The notes beneath the pieces were generated by a model. That model had not been told where the DNA came from and did no database searches. It saw nothing but the letters and a program-made list of their open reading frames with translations. Below are positions 29,119 to 38,811 of a DNA stretch of 64,000 nt, piece by piece. Made by a program: the position numbers and the translations under genes. Source of the DNA: a virus; IMG/VR virus record IMGVR_UViG_3300033407_000001, positions 7,824 to 71,823 of that record, one strand, 5' to 3'. The first letter of the stretch is position 1; every line of letters starts with the position of its first letter.

Positions 29119-29456
29119 AGCGCTTTTTGTGCAAGGCGGAAATCCTCAACCTGTTTGACTATGGATGGATGCAGGCCATCTACGGTGGCTAGTATTGGTC
29201 CGCATTGCTCTATCCGCAGGCGCCAGCCATAGAACATTTGACACGCAACATCCTCAGCTTCAATCTCATCCCTGACACTAGCCGATACACAGGGAAAGTG
29301 AGTCCAGCGATTGTCTAGCGTGCTTAGATATTCTAGCCCGATATATAGACGTTTATTTGGGGCCAGCTGGATGACAGCACGCAGGCGATTGTCACATTCT
29401 CCGATATGGTAATGCCACTCCTGCGAGGTTGGCTGAGGCAAAATCTTGTCAATCAT
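29115..29456 (-). CDS. Hypothetical protein
   Basis: Tiling ORF. Confidence 0.55.
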   Translation of the reverse strand: MIDKILPQPTSQEWHYHIGECDNRLRAVIQLAPNKRLYIGLEYLSTLDNRWTHFPCVSASVRDEIEAEDVACQMFYGWRLRIEQCGPILATVDGLHPSIVKQVEDFRLAQKAL

Positions 29457-29806
29457 GCTGCCTCTTGCTTCCGTGGAGCCATGAGAATTCTATGGCTGCA
29501 ATTCATGCATTTGTAGGACAAATGCTCTGGCATTCTAAGGGCAACATTTCGCTCTCTATATACAGGGTCAAAGAAAGTGGTCGAGCGAACCATGCCCATA
29601 GGATGGCTTTTTGAGTTGCCACACTTTGGGCATTCAGTGGGCACGCCGATTGGTAGGGATTTCTCCATGGCGATCACATCCGTAAGCTGCTTTTCCTTGA
29701 CCTTCCTGAACCCACGCATGAATCCGAAATAGCCTAACCAAATCATTACAGCTATGAAGATTATGTTGATGAAGGTAGCGAAGCCGCTTAGATCTAAGTC
29801 ACTCAT
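29453..29806 (-). CDS. Membrane-anchored Zn-ribbon protein
   Basis: N-terminal TM, CPKC...CMNC. Confidence 0.6.
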   Translation of the reverse strand: MSDLDLSGFATFINIIFIAVMIWLGYFGFMRGFRKVKEKQLTDVIAMEKSLPIGVPTECPKCGNSKSHPMGMVRSTTFFDPVYRERNVALRMPEHLSYKCMNCSHRILMAPRKQEAA

Positions 29807-29809
29807 TTA

Positions 29810-30118
29810 CTAATCATCCTGTTCTTGATGCCACTTGAGGAACAGGCTGAGCTTTTCGCTACGCCGATCCATGATCTTATCTATATCGAGACCGTTGAGT
29901 TGAGTGACGAATCTGCATGCGGCGAGGACATCGGCAATCTCGTCTTCAAGGCGCTCCTTGAGATTACTTCCATCCCAATGTTCGACTTCACCTCGGCTAC
30001 CGAGAAGCTTGCCTCCTACCTGGACAACCTCTCCGCACTCTTCGATAAGCTTGCTGATACCAGGCCAATAGTTAGATCCAATGCTGAAGTCGCCGCTTCC
30101 TTTGTTACTCATAGGCAC
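29810..30118 (-). CDS. MazG-like NTP pyrophosphohydrolase
   Basis: KLIEECGEV...LEDEIADV (EExxE...ExxD). Confidence 0.75.
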   Translation of the reverse strand: MPMSNKGSGDFSIGSNYWPGISKLIEECGEVVQVGGKLLGSRGEVEHWDGSNLKERLEDEIADVLAACRFVTQLNGLDIDKIMDRRSEKLSLFLKWHQEQDD

Positions 30119-30722
30119 CGGCTTGTAACAATAGTTTAGCCAGATGGCCGTTGGCGCAGACGCAATAGACTCGCCAGCCTACTCCCTCTTCGCCCCAGGC
30201 ATATGGACGAGACTGTCCGTGGAGCCGGGCTTCTTCTCGGTGGGCAAAGACCTTCTCGGTGCGCCAATGTTTGGTGCCGATCTCATGGTCTTCCATCATC
30301 TCATTGGTGACCTTTTCAGCGTCCTCAGCGTCCGAGGTATGCCAGCCCCCTCCATCCTCTACACAGTGCCAATCAAGATCCTCCATGGCGCTATAGTCAT
30401 GCGGGGATAGACCATATTCCACGGTCTGAAATAGGAAGATAGGGTCTCGCGTGGACTCACGGTAGGCAACCATACCCCTCGGCGAATTTAGAGCCTTGTC
30501 GGTTGAATTGGCGGGGCCACCCGGATCTGGGGTAAACCTTTTCCCACCAGCCTCAAAGCATTGCCTACCGTACTCCAGGAGTAGATCTTGTGTCAGATCT
30601 ATTGAAAATTGCTGTACTCCATTCTGCCCAGCAAGAGCTATCTGGCTCAGAGTTGGCGGCTCCAGGATGCCTCTTAGTAGCTTTTTAATGATGACTGATG
30701 ATTCTATGCGATCGTCTGACAT
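30105..30722 (-). CDS. Hypothetical protein
   Basis: Tiling ORF. Confidence 0.65.
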   Translation of the reverse strand: MSDDRIESSVIIKKLLRGILEPPTLSQIALAGQNGVQQFSIDLTQDLLLEYGRQCFEAGGKRFTPDPGGPANSTDKALNSPRGMVAYRESTRDPIFLFQTVEYGLSPHDYSAMEDLDWHCVEDGGGWHTSDAEDAEKVTNEMMEDHEIGTKHWRTEKVFAHREEARLHGQSRPYAWGEEGVGWRVYCVCANGHLAKLLLQAGAYE

Positions 30723-31433
30723 CTAGTCCCAGTAGGCAGCAGGATCGAGGTAGTCTGGGTAATTCTCCAAGAGATAGGCCCGTGCAGCTTCGTCTGCGAG
30801 TTCGCCGCCCGACAATCTATAGCCACTTCCAGGGCGCGGCTCAGTTTCCTTGTCAAATGGACCAAAGCGATGAATCTCTTCTCCGTTATCAGAAATGGTG
30901 GCGAAGTACGGACCGTTGTAGTCCTCGCCGACGCTGGTGCTGCCAGCGCTGTATCGACGGATTGGCGAGATGCTGCATGATCTGTCGTAGAAGGCAGCCT
31001 TGTAGAAGATCTGGGCACGTTTCCTGCCCTTGTCGTCGAGAAGGTTGCTCCACATGGCGTGGCCAGTTCCGTCGAGCTTCCATCCATCTGGGAGCTGTGC
31101 TTCAACCCAGATCTCATCTCCGCTGACTGGTTTTCCGATTTTCACTCCGATACTTGACCAGTCAAACGGCTCCTGGCCTAAGCGTCCTTCGTTGATGGTA
31201 CCGTCTGCTGGCAGTCGCGTACCGTTGGCTTTAACCAACTCTGCCTGTCCGGTAGCTTCCATCTCCTCGATGAAGCCCTCGCCGCCACGACCTTTTCGCA
31301 TTGCCACGAGAATGTGCTCGGCTGCGTGCTGGGCTGAGGTGTTGGTGATAGGAGCACCCTGCGTTCCATTTTCGATTCTCTCGGCGAGAGCCATCATCGC
31401 TCGAATCTCCAGGTTTTTTTCAAATTCATCCAT
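30723..31433 (-). CDS. Phage hypothetical protein
   Basis: LPDGW....HAMWSNLLDDKGRKRA.IFYKAAFYDR motif. Confidence 0.75.
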   Translation of the reverse strand: MDEFEKNLEIRAMMALAERIENGTQGAPITNTSAQHAAEHILVAMRKGRGGEGFIEEMEATGQAELVKANGTRLPADGTINEGRLGQEPFDWSSIGVKIGKPVSGDEIWVEAQLPDGWKLDGTGHAMWSNLLDDKGRKRAQIFYKAAFYDRSCSISPIRRYSAGSTSVGEDYNGPYFATISDNGEEIHRFGPFDKETEPRPGSGYRLSGGELADEAARAYLLENYPDYLDPAAYWD

Positions 31434-31447
31434 GTCATCAATTCTTT

Positions 31448-31921
31448 CTAGCTATGTGTAGGGCGCAGGAAACTGAGCCAGAGTTCTGCGTGGGATTTTT
31501 CCTTAAAGAGAGTGAACGACGGATCCGAGTCGAGGGCCCACCAGCCATCGCACTTCACGCCGTGCAACAGGTCACTGCCACGTTTATACGTTGACCTTAT
31601 GTACGATGCCTCCTTTAGACGGACCTTGCGTTCTTCAAGTTGATCTTTGAAGAAGTGAGACGCTGCTTCAAAGCTGCTGCCGTCTCCAACAAGATAGCAA
31701 GTGTAGGGCGGAGAATCCTTATCGACGACTACTGTAACACTCTGAATTGCCCAGGCGTGGGCGAGTGAGCGTATTGTCTTAAGTGTCTTGGGCAGGGTGC
31801 CGAACTCGAACTCAGAAGCTCCCATGTAATCGAACTCGAACTCAACATCGATACCCTTGCGAGCATCGCATGGATGTTCACGACGTTGGATTCGTTGGAC
31901 TAGATATGGCTGGTCTTTCAT
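31448..31921 (-). CDS. Phage hypothetical protein
   Basis: FDYMGASEFEFG motif. Confidence 0.7.
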   Translation of the reverse strand: MKDQPYLVQRIQRREHPCDARKGIDVEFEFDYMGASEFEFGTLPKTLKTIRSLAHAWAIQSVTVVVDKDSPPYTCYLVGDGSSFEAASHFFKDQLEERKVRLKEASYIRSTYKRGSDLLHGVKCDGWWALDSDPSFTLFKEKSHAELWLSFLRPTHS

Positions 31922-31937
31922 CGTTGCTTTCTGCCTT

Positions 31938-32240
31938 TCAGCACTTTTTTACGTGTACTTCGGCCCATGAGCCCCCATTCGCCACCATGTACACGAGATG
32001 CATGACTTGATAATGAGTCACATTGGGGCCAGCGCCTATGGCGGTCTGGATGATCGAATCTTTCGTGGGAACTGGACCGTCGAATTGTGCTATCAAGTCC
32101 CCGGATACAAAATCACGTAGTTCATTGAGTCTCACTGAGATAGCTCCTGACGGCGAGTGTTGACCAGCTCGCGGTCCATGCATGGCACTTTTTTTAGCTC
32201 TGCCAAGCTTGGCTGGCTGCCACTTTTGCCGAGCAGGCAT
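31938..32240 (-). CDS. Hypothetical protein
   Basis: Tiling ORF. Confidence 0.45.
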   Translation of the reverse strand: MPARQKWQPAKLGRAKKSAMHGPRAGQHSPSGAISVRLNELRDFVSGDLIAQFDGPVPTKDSIIQTAIGAGPNVTHYQVMHLVYMVANGGSWAEVHVKKC

Positions 32241-32370
32241 AGCCCTTTGAAGCCCTTTTTGCCAAGCCCAGACTGAGAATCCAGCGAACTATAAGATTGG
32301 CAGCCCTGACAGTCGGATAGGAGAACGAGGCCCTGCCTATCCCAGACATTCTTGTTGCAGGTGCTCATAG

Positions 32371-32748
32371 TTACTCTTGTTCACCTCTGATCTCATTGCA
32401 AAGAGCAATCACTCGATCGTCATCTGTTGAGTCTTCAGGAAAGTCTATAGACGATGAGCACATGAAGTTATCGACTCCCCATTCTTCACACCAAGCAGTC
32501 AATTGCCCCATGGTGTGGACTACCGCTTTGGATGGCTTGGGATATTTCTCGTGCATCTTATAGACATGTAGTCCGTCTTTGTGGACGACCAGGTATCCCG
32601 GAGCAGAAGGTGTCATGGCCTTTTCTGCCGCATTGACAGCATCCTCAAACATTGATTCTGAACATGTTCCCGTATCGACACCGAGAGCCTTGGCTACGGC
32701 ATCCACTACGTTCTCAAGTCTTGACCTGTCCATATTCGGTAAACACAT
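32371..32748 (-). CDS. Hypothetical protein
   Basis: Tiling ORF. Confidence 0.55.
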   Translation of the reverse strand: MCLPNMDRSRLENVVDAVAKALGVDTGTCSESMFEDAVNAAEKAMTPSAPGYLVVHKDGLHVYKMHEKYPKPSKAVVHTMGQLTAWCEEWGVDNFMCSSSIDFPEDSTDDDRVIALCNEIRGEQE

Positions 32749-33019
32749 GACGCGGCTGATAGTTTCAGCTAATCGTCATCCTTTTTAGCCAGCCAGGTCT
32801 CTGGGTCAACATTATCAACGTTGATGGGAACTGGCTTAGTAGGATGTACCCAGGCGATGAGAGCGATTCAATCCGGTGAATCACTTGGCCTTCCACTCTT
32901 CAATGTGGGCTGCCCAGAGGGCTAAAATCATGTATTTCCACCACATTCGGCATGAGTACGTCGAATCGAACAGCTCTTTGATGCGGGAAATCATGGTTTT
33001 ATCTCACTTCGTTGAGAGC

Positions 33020-33184
33020 CAATTGTCAAGCTGGCCTAGGGTAGGTCGAGGGCGGAGTTGATTTTCTCTTCCTTGTCTTGATTTCTAAGCCATCAAGCAG
33101 GCTTTGCAGCTATTTATTGCTGAATGCTGCAATTGTCAAGCTGGCCTAGAGTAGGTCGATGGCGAAGTTAATTCGCTCTTCTTT
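33020..33184. repeat. Imperfect 55-bp direct repeat (33020-33074 and 33130-33184) bracketing solitary repeat unit B
   Basis: 48/55 identity at a 110-bp offset; each copy contains TTGACAATT; copy 2 encodes the recombinase C-terminus. Confidence 0.9.
33075..33110 (-). CRISPR. Solitary variant CRISPR repeat (unit B)
   Basis: GCTGCAAAGCCTGCTTGATGGCTTAGAAATCAAGAC; 33/36 identical to unit A; TTGACA (33134-33139)-N17-TAAATA directly upstream. Confidence 0.75.
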
Positions 33185-33718
33185 GAAACTCAGGTATTGG
33201 GATGTGGAGGTAATCCACTTGTGCCCAAGTGCTCCTTGGAGCTGCTTCAGATCACCATCAAGGAGGTCATGCATTCGATCGGCAAAGGTCTTGCGCATGC
33301 AGTGAGTCCCGAGAGTTCCGGTCATACCGATAGATTTAAATGCCTTATCGAAGATCCGCCACACCTGAACTCGTGATATCCTCTTGTGGGCGGTTGAGCA
33401 GAATAGAGGAGTCTCCCCCACACACCCTCCTATCTCCTCGATCCAAGCAGCAAGGGCAACCTTAGCCTTGGAGTTCAGCTTGACCGTCCTCCCCTCCCCC
33501 TTGCCTTTCATGGCAGACCGTCTTACAGAGACGGTATCGACAATTCGATCGAACTGAAATACATCAGACACATTGAGGGATAGAAGCTCACTGATGCGAA
33601 ATCCAGTCATCAAGCCGACCGTGAATAGGCAGGCATTCCTAACTCCATTGCTTCCGCAGTGGAGAGTCGCAGTAACCAATTCCGATTCCTGCTTTGTCAA
33701 TGGCCTGCATCCCTTCAT
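33146..33718 (-). CDS. Small tyrosine recombinase (catalytic domain only)
   Basis: RNACLF...TGFRISELLSL, HCMRKTF, LGHKWITSTSQY (R-H-R-H-Y catalytic set); class-B promoter. Confidence 0.92.
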   Translation of the reverse strand: MKGCRPLTKQESELVTATLHCGSNGVRNACLFTVGLMTGFRISELLSLNVSDVFQFDRIVDTVSVRRSAMKGKGEGRTVKLNSKAKVALAAWIEEIGGCVGETPLFCSTAHKRISRVQVWRIFDKAFKSIGMTGTLGTHCMRKTFADRMHDLLDGDLKQLQGALGHKWITSTSQYLSFKEERINFAIDLL

Positions 33719-33751
33719 CTTAGGTAAACACCTCAGTCGGCATAGAATTTC

Positions 33752-34135
33752 ATGAAAAAGACATCAGAATGGGATGGTTTCAATCGTTCCACCGCTCGCC
33801 CATCGGCGCTCAAGATGCTTGAGCAGGACGACGAATTTCATAAAGTATTGACGTCCTTAAAGCCTGAGCCCGAATGGGACAGTTCTATCCCGCATGTGAC
33901 TCTAGTGATCGAGTTCAGCCAAAGAACCGCCACACTCAGAGCCTGGGAAGATGTCCCTGAGCCAATGATGTTCTATCTGCTAGATTGCCTGCAGCAGAGA
34001 ACTGGTTTCGAGAGGTCCCAGGCAACCAGAAACTCTCTTCGGGAGATCAATCAATGGATAAAAGAACAGCTAGTAAGAATGCAGAGGGAGAACATACTCT
34101 GGAAGGAGGACGGGAAATGGGTCTTCGAGGGGTAG
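33752..34135 (+). CDS. Hypothetical protein, divergent from the recombinase
   Basis: 127-aa ORF filling an otherwise empty gap; against the local strand trend. Confidence 0.5.
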   Translation: MKKTSEWDGFNRSTARPSALKMLEQDDEFHKVLTSLKPEPEWDSSIPHVTLVIEFSQRTATLRAWEDVPEPMMFYLLDCLQQRTGFERSQATRNSLREINQWIKEQLVRMQRENILWKEDGKWVFEG

Positions 34136-34247
34136 ATTTACCCATTTACGGCACCAACTCTATCCCACTGCAGCTGTACAGGTTTCTCCGCCAGGAGCAG
34201 ATATTGTTAACCTGGTGTGAGAAGAGATCGAACTGTTAAGGATTCCT

Positions 34248-34673
34248 TTACAGTTCAAGATCGAATACGACGTATGGCATGCCTCCCGGCAGGATGCTCC
34301 ACATTTCCCTGGGCATGCAGTACTGCCCTACGCCAGCCGCGAGGGCAAGGATAACCAGCTGATCCATGGTTGGGTGTTCACCCCATTGTGTGCCGTCCTT
34401 ATCGACGCACATGCTCAGGAATGACATTCCGCCACCCTTTCCCTTGTGAAATTCATCGGGGAGCTGTTTGACCATTTCGATGATGGCAGGCTTAGAATCT
34501 GCGATTCGACCCTGATGAAAGGCGACCATTGTCATAATCCCTCTCGTGACCTCCATTCCTGCCGGGGCCTCACCTTTCTTGGTGTCCTTCATCAGAAGCT
34601 TTGCTTCCTCGTCGGTGTGCAAGCATTTCCTGAATATCTCATCTACGTTTGCTGCTGTTAATTTTGTGCTCAT
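34248..34673 (-). CDS. Phage hypothetical protein
   Basis: GGGMSFLSMC.DKDG.QWGEH...LPGGMPY motif. Confidence 0.75.
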   Translation of the reverse strand: MSTKLTAANVDEIFRKCLHTDEEAKLLMKDTKKGEAPAGMEVTRGIMTMVAFHQGRIADSKPAIIEMVKQLPDEFHKGKGGGMSFLSMCVDKDGTQWGEHPTMDQLVILALAAGVGQYCMPREMWSILPGGMPYVVFDLEL

Positions 34674-34838
34674 AGGTTCTTCTTTGTGGGTAGATTTTGA
34701 GGCATGTCCTACAAGGCGTATGCTTCTTCATTGGGATTCTCAGATTGAATGAGATGCCCATCCTCCCGCATGCAGAGACTGTGGAGTTGTCCTTAAATGC
34801 ATGCGAGCACAAGGTCATGCAGTGAACTCGCCATACGA

Positions 34839-35177
34839 TCATGCGACGGTCATCCTCCGTTGCATAGGCGATGGAGCGGTTAGGATTCCCTCCTGGGTCT
34901 TAGTCTTGCTCTTACGGGCCCGTAGGACAGGGCTGGGGACGTTATCAGTGGCGGCAGTGCGATAACCCTCATCGTAAGCCCAGCCTGCATCCAGCCAGCG
35001 TAGGTGGTGATAGGCGGGATCGATGTTCCCGGTCTTAGTCCTGCATCTTTGATGGGGAGCTGCCCCACAGTACCGGCATTCAAAATCTAAGACGATTCGA
35101 TCTACCTTGGCTCCAAGGCAATTGGGGTGCTCTCTGAAGTCTTGAGAGGTCAAGTTTACGGCTCTGTACAGGTGCAA
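34839..35177 (-). CDS. Hypothetical protein with C.YC.A....C...H motif
   Basis: Tiling ORF. Confidence 0.5.
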   Translation of the reverse strand: MHLYRAVNLTSQDFREHPNCLGAKVDRIVLDFECRYCGAAPHQRCRTKTGNIDPAYHHLRWLDAGWAYDEGYRTAATDNVPSPVLRARKSKTKTQEGILTAPSPMQRRMTVA

Positions 35178-35442
35178 GGCTGTAGGTAGCCCTCAGTCTT
35201 AGCCAGGCGAACGCTGAAGGCTCCGAGGTTGGCTATGGTTTGATTGGTAGCTAACTCACGGGCAATGTACTCACCCTTTGCGTTCATCTCACAGGCGAGG
35301 ACGATCAGTGACTTAGCTCTATCTTCACAGCAGACGCTGTGTACTGGAAGGTGACCTTTGGGCGGGGTACGACCGTACCCAACAACAACGGCTCAAAAGA
35401 TTTTTATTGGCTTGTCTAGATCATACATAGAGATTGTTTCGC

Positions 35443-36060
35443 TTAGTTGATGAAGATCGAGATAGGTGGTGAAATATCAAAGTCGTATGAGGTCAGGTAT
35501 GCCTCATTGACTGCTTCATTGAATCCGCCTGCCTCCGTCACGCATGTGCCAAAGTAAACGCTCCTGTAGCTAAACATGGTCTCCATGGCAAATGGTTGAG
35601 CGAAATTGGCGAATCCATACCAGGCGCCGTTGTGGTTATAGAACGAGTCGAACGATTCGCTGGTCCTAAAGTGATTGAAATACGGGGTTCCAGAGCAATC
35701 CATTGATTTGTAGTACATGTTATCCATGCTCGCGGTAACCATAGTGAGACCCTCCGGAAAATTCGGTGGCGGGTCGTCCCTGTGAGCCACGATGGCCATC
35801 GCCGTGCCGTAGAGGGTGTCGATAGTGACCTGATATCCAAGTTGCTCACCGGAGGCGCTGGAAAGCACTGGAGTGCCAGGCCCGGCTGGTCCTTCGGGCC
35901 CCTGTGGTCCGGCAGGTCCTTGCGGTCCCTCTGGGCCAGTAGGACCTTCAACCTCTATTGGGTCAGGCTCGGGTTCGTCATCCATGGGACCGTCAGCACA
36001 GGCCATGAAGGCAAAGGAAAGAAGGAAAGAAAGGATGATTGTATGTATGTTTGTTTTCAT
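35443..36060 (-). CDS. Predicted lipoprotein with short collagen-like (GPX)n repeat
   Basis: Signal peptide ending FAFMA-C; GPTGPEGPQGPAGPQGPEGPAGP. Confidence 0.75.
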   Translation of the reverse strand: MKTNIHTIILSFLLSFAFMACADGPMDDEPEPDPIEVEGPTGPEGPQGPAGPQGPEGPAGPGTPVLSSASGEQLGYQVTIDTLYGTAMAIVAHRDDPPPNFPEGLTMVTASMDNMYYKSMDCSGTPYFNHFRTSESFDSFYNHNGAWYGFANFAQPFAMETMFSYRSVYFGTCVTEAGGFNEAVNEAYLTSYDFDISPPISIFIN

Positions 36061-36143
36061 AATCTAAGTATCAAGTCCTATATCCCGATTGTCAATGTAT
36101 GAGAATACGAGGCATTAAGCATTTGCCTTGGCCATCGGTTTCC

Positions 36144-36407
36144 TCAGTCCTGAGCCGGATCACACCAGTCGCAGCCCGGTTCAGTACATGGTTCAGGCGT
36201 ATAGTGATCGAGTCTGGCAAATGCCTCTGCGATTGCCTCCTTGCGCCACTCAGATTCGCCGATATCATAGTGCTCGCAGTAATAGTGAAGACCGTCTTCC
36301 AGCTTCATTCCTGGTGGTGTTTGTACATAGATGATGCAGGCAACCCTGTCATCTTCGACTTCGAGCCCGAGCTTGGCTGCTGCTCGTCTTAATTTGTCGA
36401 GTCTCAT
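36144..36407 (-). CDS. Hypothetical protein
   Basis: Class-B promoter. Confidence 0.75.
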   Translation of the reverse strand: MRLDKLRRAAAKLGLEVEDDRVACIIYVQTPPGMKLEDGLHYYCEHYDIGESEWRKEAIAEAFARLDHYTPEPCTEPGCDWCDPAQD

Positions 36408-36744
36408 ATTAAATAAACACCTCAGCTCACGTAGAATTTCACCATTTGGTGCGCAAGCGCTTGCGTTACTAACCTATATAGGAATTATAAAGTTCTCAGC
36501 CGGGTTCTTGGGATGGCATTGAGTGCATCGATCATGTCGAAAGCATCTTGCCCGTCGTGCCAGCGTTCTATGACAATCGATATGACCGTCTTAATTTGAT
36601 CGTAGTCATGATCGTCAATGGATATCCAAGGCTCTGAGGTTGGCCAATACTTTTGAGGCAGGGGCGCAGCTATGTATCCCTGGGCTCCGCATATGCAAAC
36701 GAGATGCTCGCAGCGATAGCAGCACATTGCTTTCCCAGGGTGGT

Positions 36745-37164
36745 TCATCGGCGGTTCCTGGCCTTTGCCTGGCGGATGGCCTTACGCTCTGCCTTGCTTG
36801 GTAGGTGCTCCCGAGACGCAAGGGTTGCCTTTATATTGTTGATCATGGTGTCGATGGTGAGCCTGGTCTCGGCGACACACTGCCTCATGCCATCATCTTC
36901 GACCCATCGCTCGCCGAAGTCCTCGACGAGCCTTCTAATCCTGGCATTCAGCCTGGATTCCTCCTTGCGGTACTCCTGAAGCCACCTAAGTAATGATCTG
37001 GTGTCGATGCACTCGTACATGTAGAGGTTCCCTCTGGACTGGTCAGCTATCCTCATCTTTGCTGTTAACTTCAATGATCGATTGGCGGCAAAGACGGCAT
37101 GATAGATCTGCTCCAGGTGTTCTCGTACGTCTGTCAATACTGCCGCTTTCCGGACGGTGAGCAA
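36745..37164 (-). CDS. Hypothetical protein
   Basis: Tiling ORF. Confidence 0.55.
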   Translation of the reverse strand: MLTVRKAAVLTDVREHLEQIYHAVFAANRSLKLTAKMRIADQSRGNLYMYECIDTRSLLRWLQEYRKEESRLNARIRRLVEDFGERWVEDDGMRQCVAETRLTIDTMINNIKATLASREHLPSKAERKAIRQAKARNRR

Positions 37165-37441
37165 TCTCTACCATCCCATTCGCATTCTTGGCCTAACACA
37201 TGACACCAGTTGCCACACCTTGAGCAGACGAAGCTATATGCGGCCAGTGGCTTCTCGTACTCCTTGACCTCCTGCCATGCTTCCAGCTTGATCTTCTCTG
37301 AGTCCACGGAGCCATGCTGAGCCCCATGGCGCTTGCTGAGCACCTCTACGGCGAGCGACCCATTCCTATAGCGCCTCACGAGCCGCACCCTTTGGATAGA
37401 CCCATTCAGTCTAACTTTGATGTACTCGTTGCCCATACTCA

Positions 37442-37660
37442 TTATCCATTGTCAGGGTAGCGGGCGACTTTCTCCAGTAGACGTAGAATGCCTTTCTTGG
37501 TTGGCTCGAAGCTGATCTCCTCGGCAATCTCTGCCAATTCACCAGTGTAGAGTTCTGGCTCATTCTTGGCGTCCTGGACAGCCTCCTTCTTCGAGGCGAA
37601 CCAGCGAAAGCCAATCGAGCATTCGAAGTCGAGGTAGAGATGGTTTCTGTAGAGCTTCAC
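37442..37660 (-). CDS. Hypothetical protein
   Basis: Downstream of a class-A-like box at about 37700. Confidence 0.6.
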   Translation of the reverse strand: MKLYRNHLYLDFECSIGFRWFASKKEAVQDAKNEPELYTGELAEIAEEISFEPTKKGILRLLEKVARYPDNG

Positions 37661-37700
37661 TTGGTCACACTCACCATTTCAGACCTATATTCATCAATTG

Positions 37701-38060
37701 TCAATGTCGCGACTCATGGAGTCTCTCTGATTCCAGGTTCATGGTCAGGAGTAGCCGTCTCATGCTCCAGTAGAGCTTCTTGTCCGCCAAGAATCCTTCT
37801 AGGATCTTGCAGAGAGTGTCAACTTGATCCCCGCTCAGGGTAGATGGCGACGGGGTCTCGTCGGCCATGGCATTGCTCATCCGCCTCTGTAGCCGATAGA
37901 GGAAACCGACCTCAGTCGAGGCATGTTGGCAACGCCCGTCGTAATGCTCCCTGGAGCACGTCATCATGTTCTCTACCTCCTCTGTGGTAAAGGTGACATT
38001 GGCGTAGACCTCGTAGGTGAATGGGCTCTCAGTCATCGCCCAACCTGAGGCGCCGTTCAA
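37701..38060 (-). CDS. Hypothetical protein
   Basis: Tiling ORF. Confidence 0.55.
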   Translation of the reverse strand: MNGASGWAMTESPFTYEVYANVTFTTEEVENMMTCSREHYDGRCQHASTEVGFLYRLQRRMSNAMADETPSPSTLSGDQVDTLCKILEGFLADKKLYWSMRRLLLTMNLESERLHESRH

Positions 38061-38186
38061 GATCAGTCAGGCGCCGAATCGCCTCCCTGTTTGCGGCCTT
38101 GCATGCCGGGTCATCGGTGAGGTCGATGTTGCGCTGGCAATATTTGATAACATTGGAAAAGTATTTCTGCTCAGCTTCGCTCATGC

Positions 38187-38591
38187 TTAGTAAACACCTG
38201 AGGAGCTACAGAATTTCAGGAGTCGCGACTCAAACCTCCTGCCAGCCTGAAATGCTTTGAGTTCTGCTTCCGTGCAGTAGCAGGTGAAGTTGTACCAAGC
38301 GCCGCATGGACATATGGGATTGGGGTTCTTAGTACATTCCGGGCAGGACTTCCTTGGTCCACAGTCACAGGGATCATCATCGGGGCTGGCAGGAACGGTG
38401 TAGACGGCCTCTTCGCCGAGGATATCCAATGGCTGCATCCCTAGAGAAAAGTGAGTAACCATGGCTGTGCAATCACCTCTTCTCGCATGACGATAAGAGG
38501 TCAAGACATGACCGGAAACCTGCCGAAGTATCACATCCTCGTTGCAGACCCTGCACCTGTAGGGGCTCCTGTGTTTGTCAGGATGGGTCAT
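38187..38591 (-). CDS. Cys-rich hypothetical protein
   Basis: Tiling ORF. Confidence 0.5.
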   Translation of the reverse strand: MTHPDKHRSPYRCRVCNEDVILRQVSGHVLTSYRHARRGDCTAMVTHFSLGMQPLDILGEEAVYTVPASPDDDPCDCGPRKSCPECTKNPNPICPCGAWYNFTCYCTEAELKAFQAGRRFESRLLKFCSSSGVY

Positions 38592-38811
38592 GGTTTTGAC
38601 TCGTTGATTAGGATTTCTAAGACCTTGCCCAGGATATAATCGTGCATGCCTTTTGGGCGTATATTTTCGCGATGAGTGTTGATGGTCTCTACGGCGAGCT
38701 TCACTCTTGCATGAAGATCTCTGGCATCTAGCTGTCGAATGTACAGACAGCTGTCGCAGTAGTCGGGCTCAGCATCGTGGCTGCAAAAGTCAAAACCATC
38801 TCGCTTTTCGC

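Noticed and set aside
33020-33184. attL/attR of an integrated prophage
   Set aside because: Repeats are only 110 bp apart and the flanks on both sides are phage-like; no host boundary
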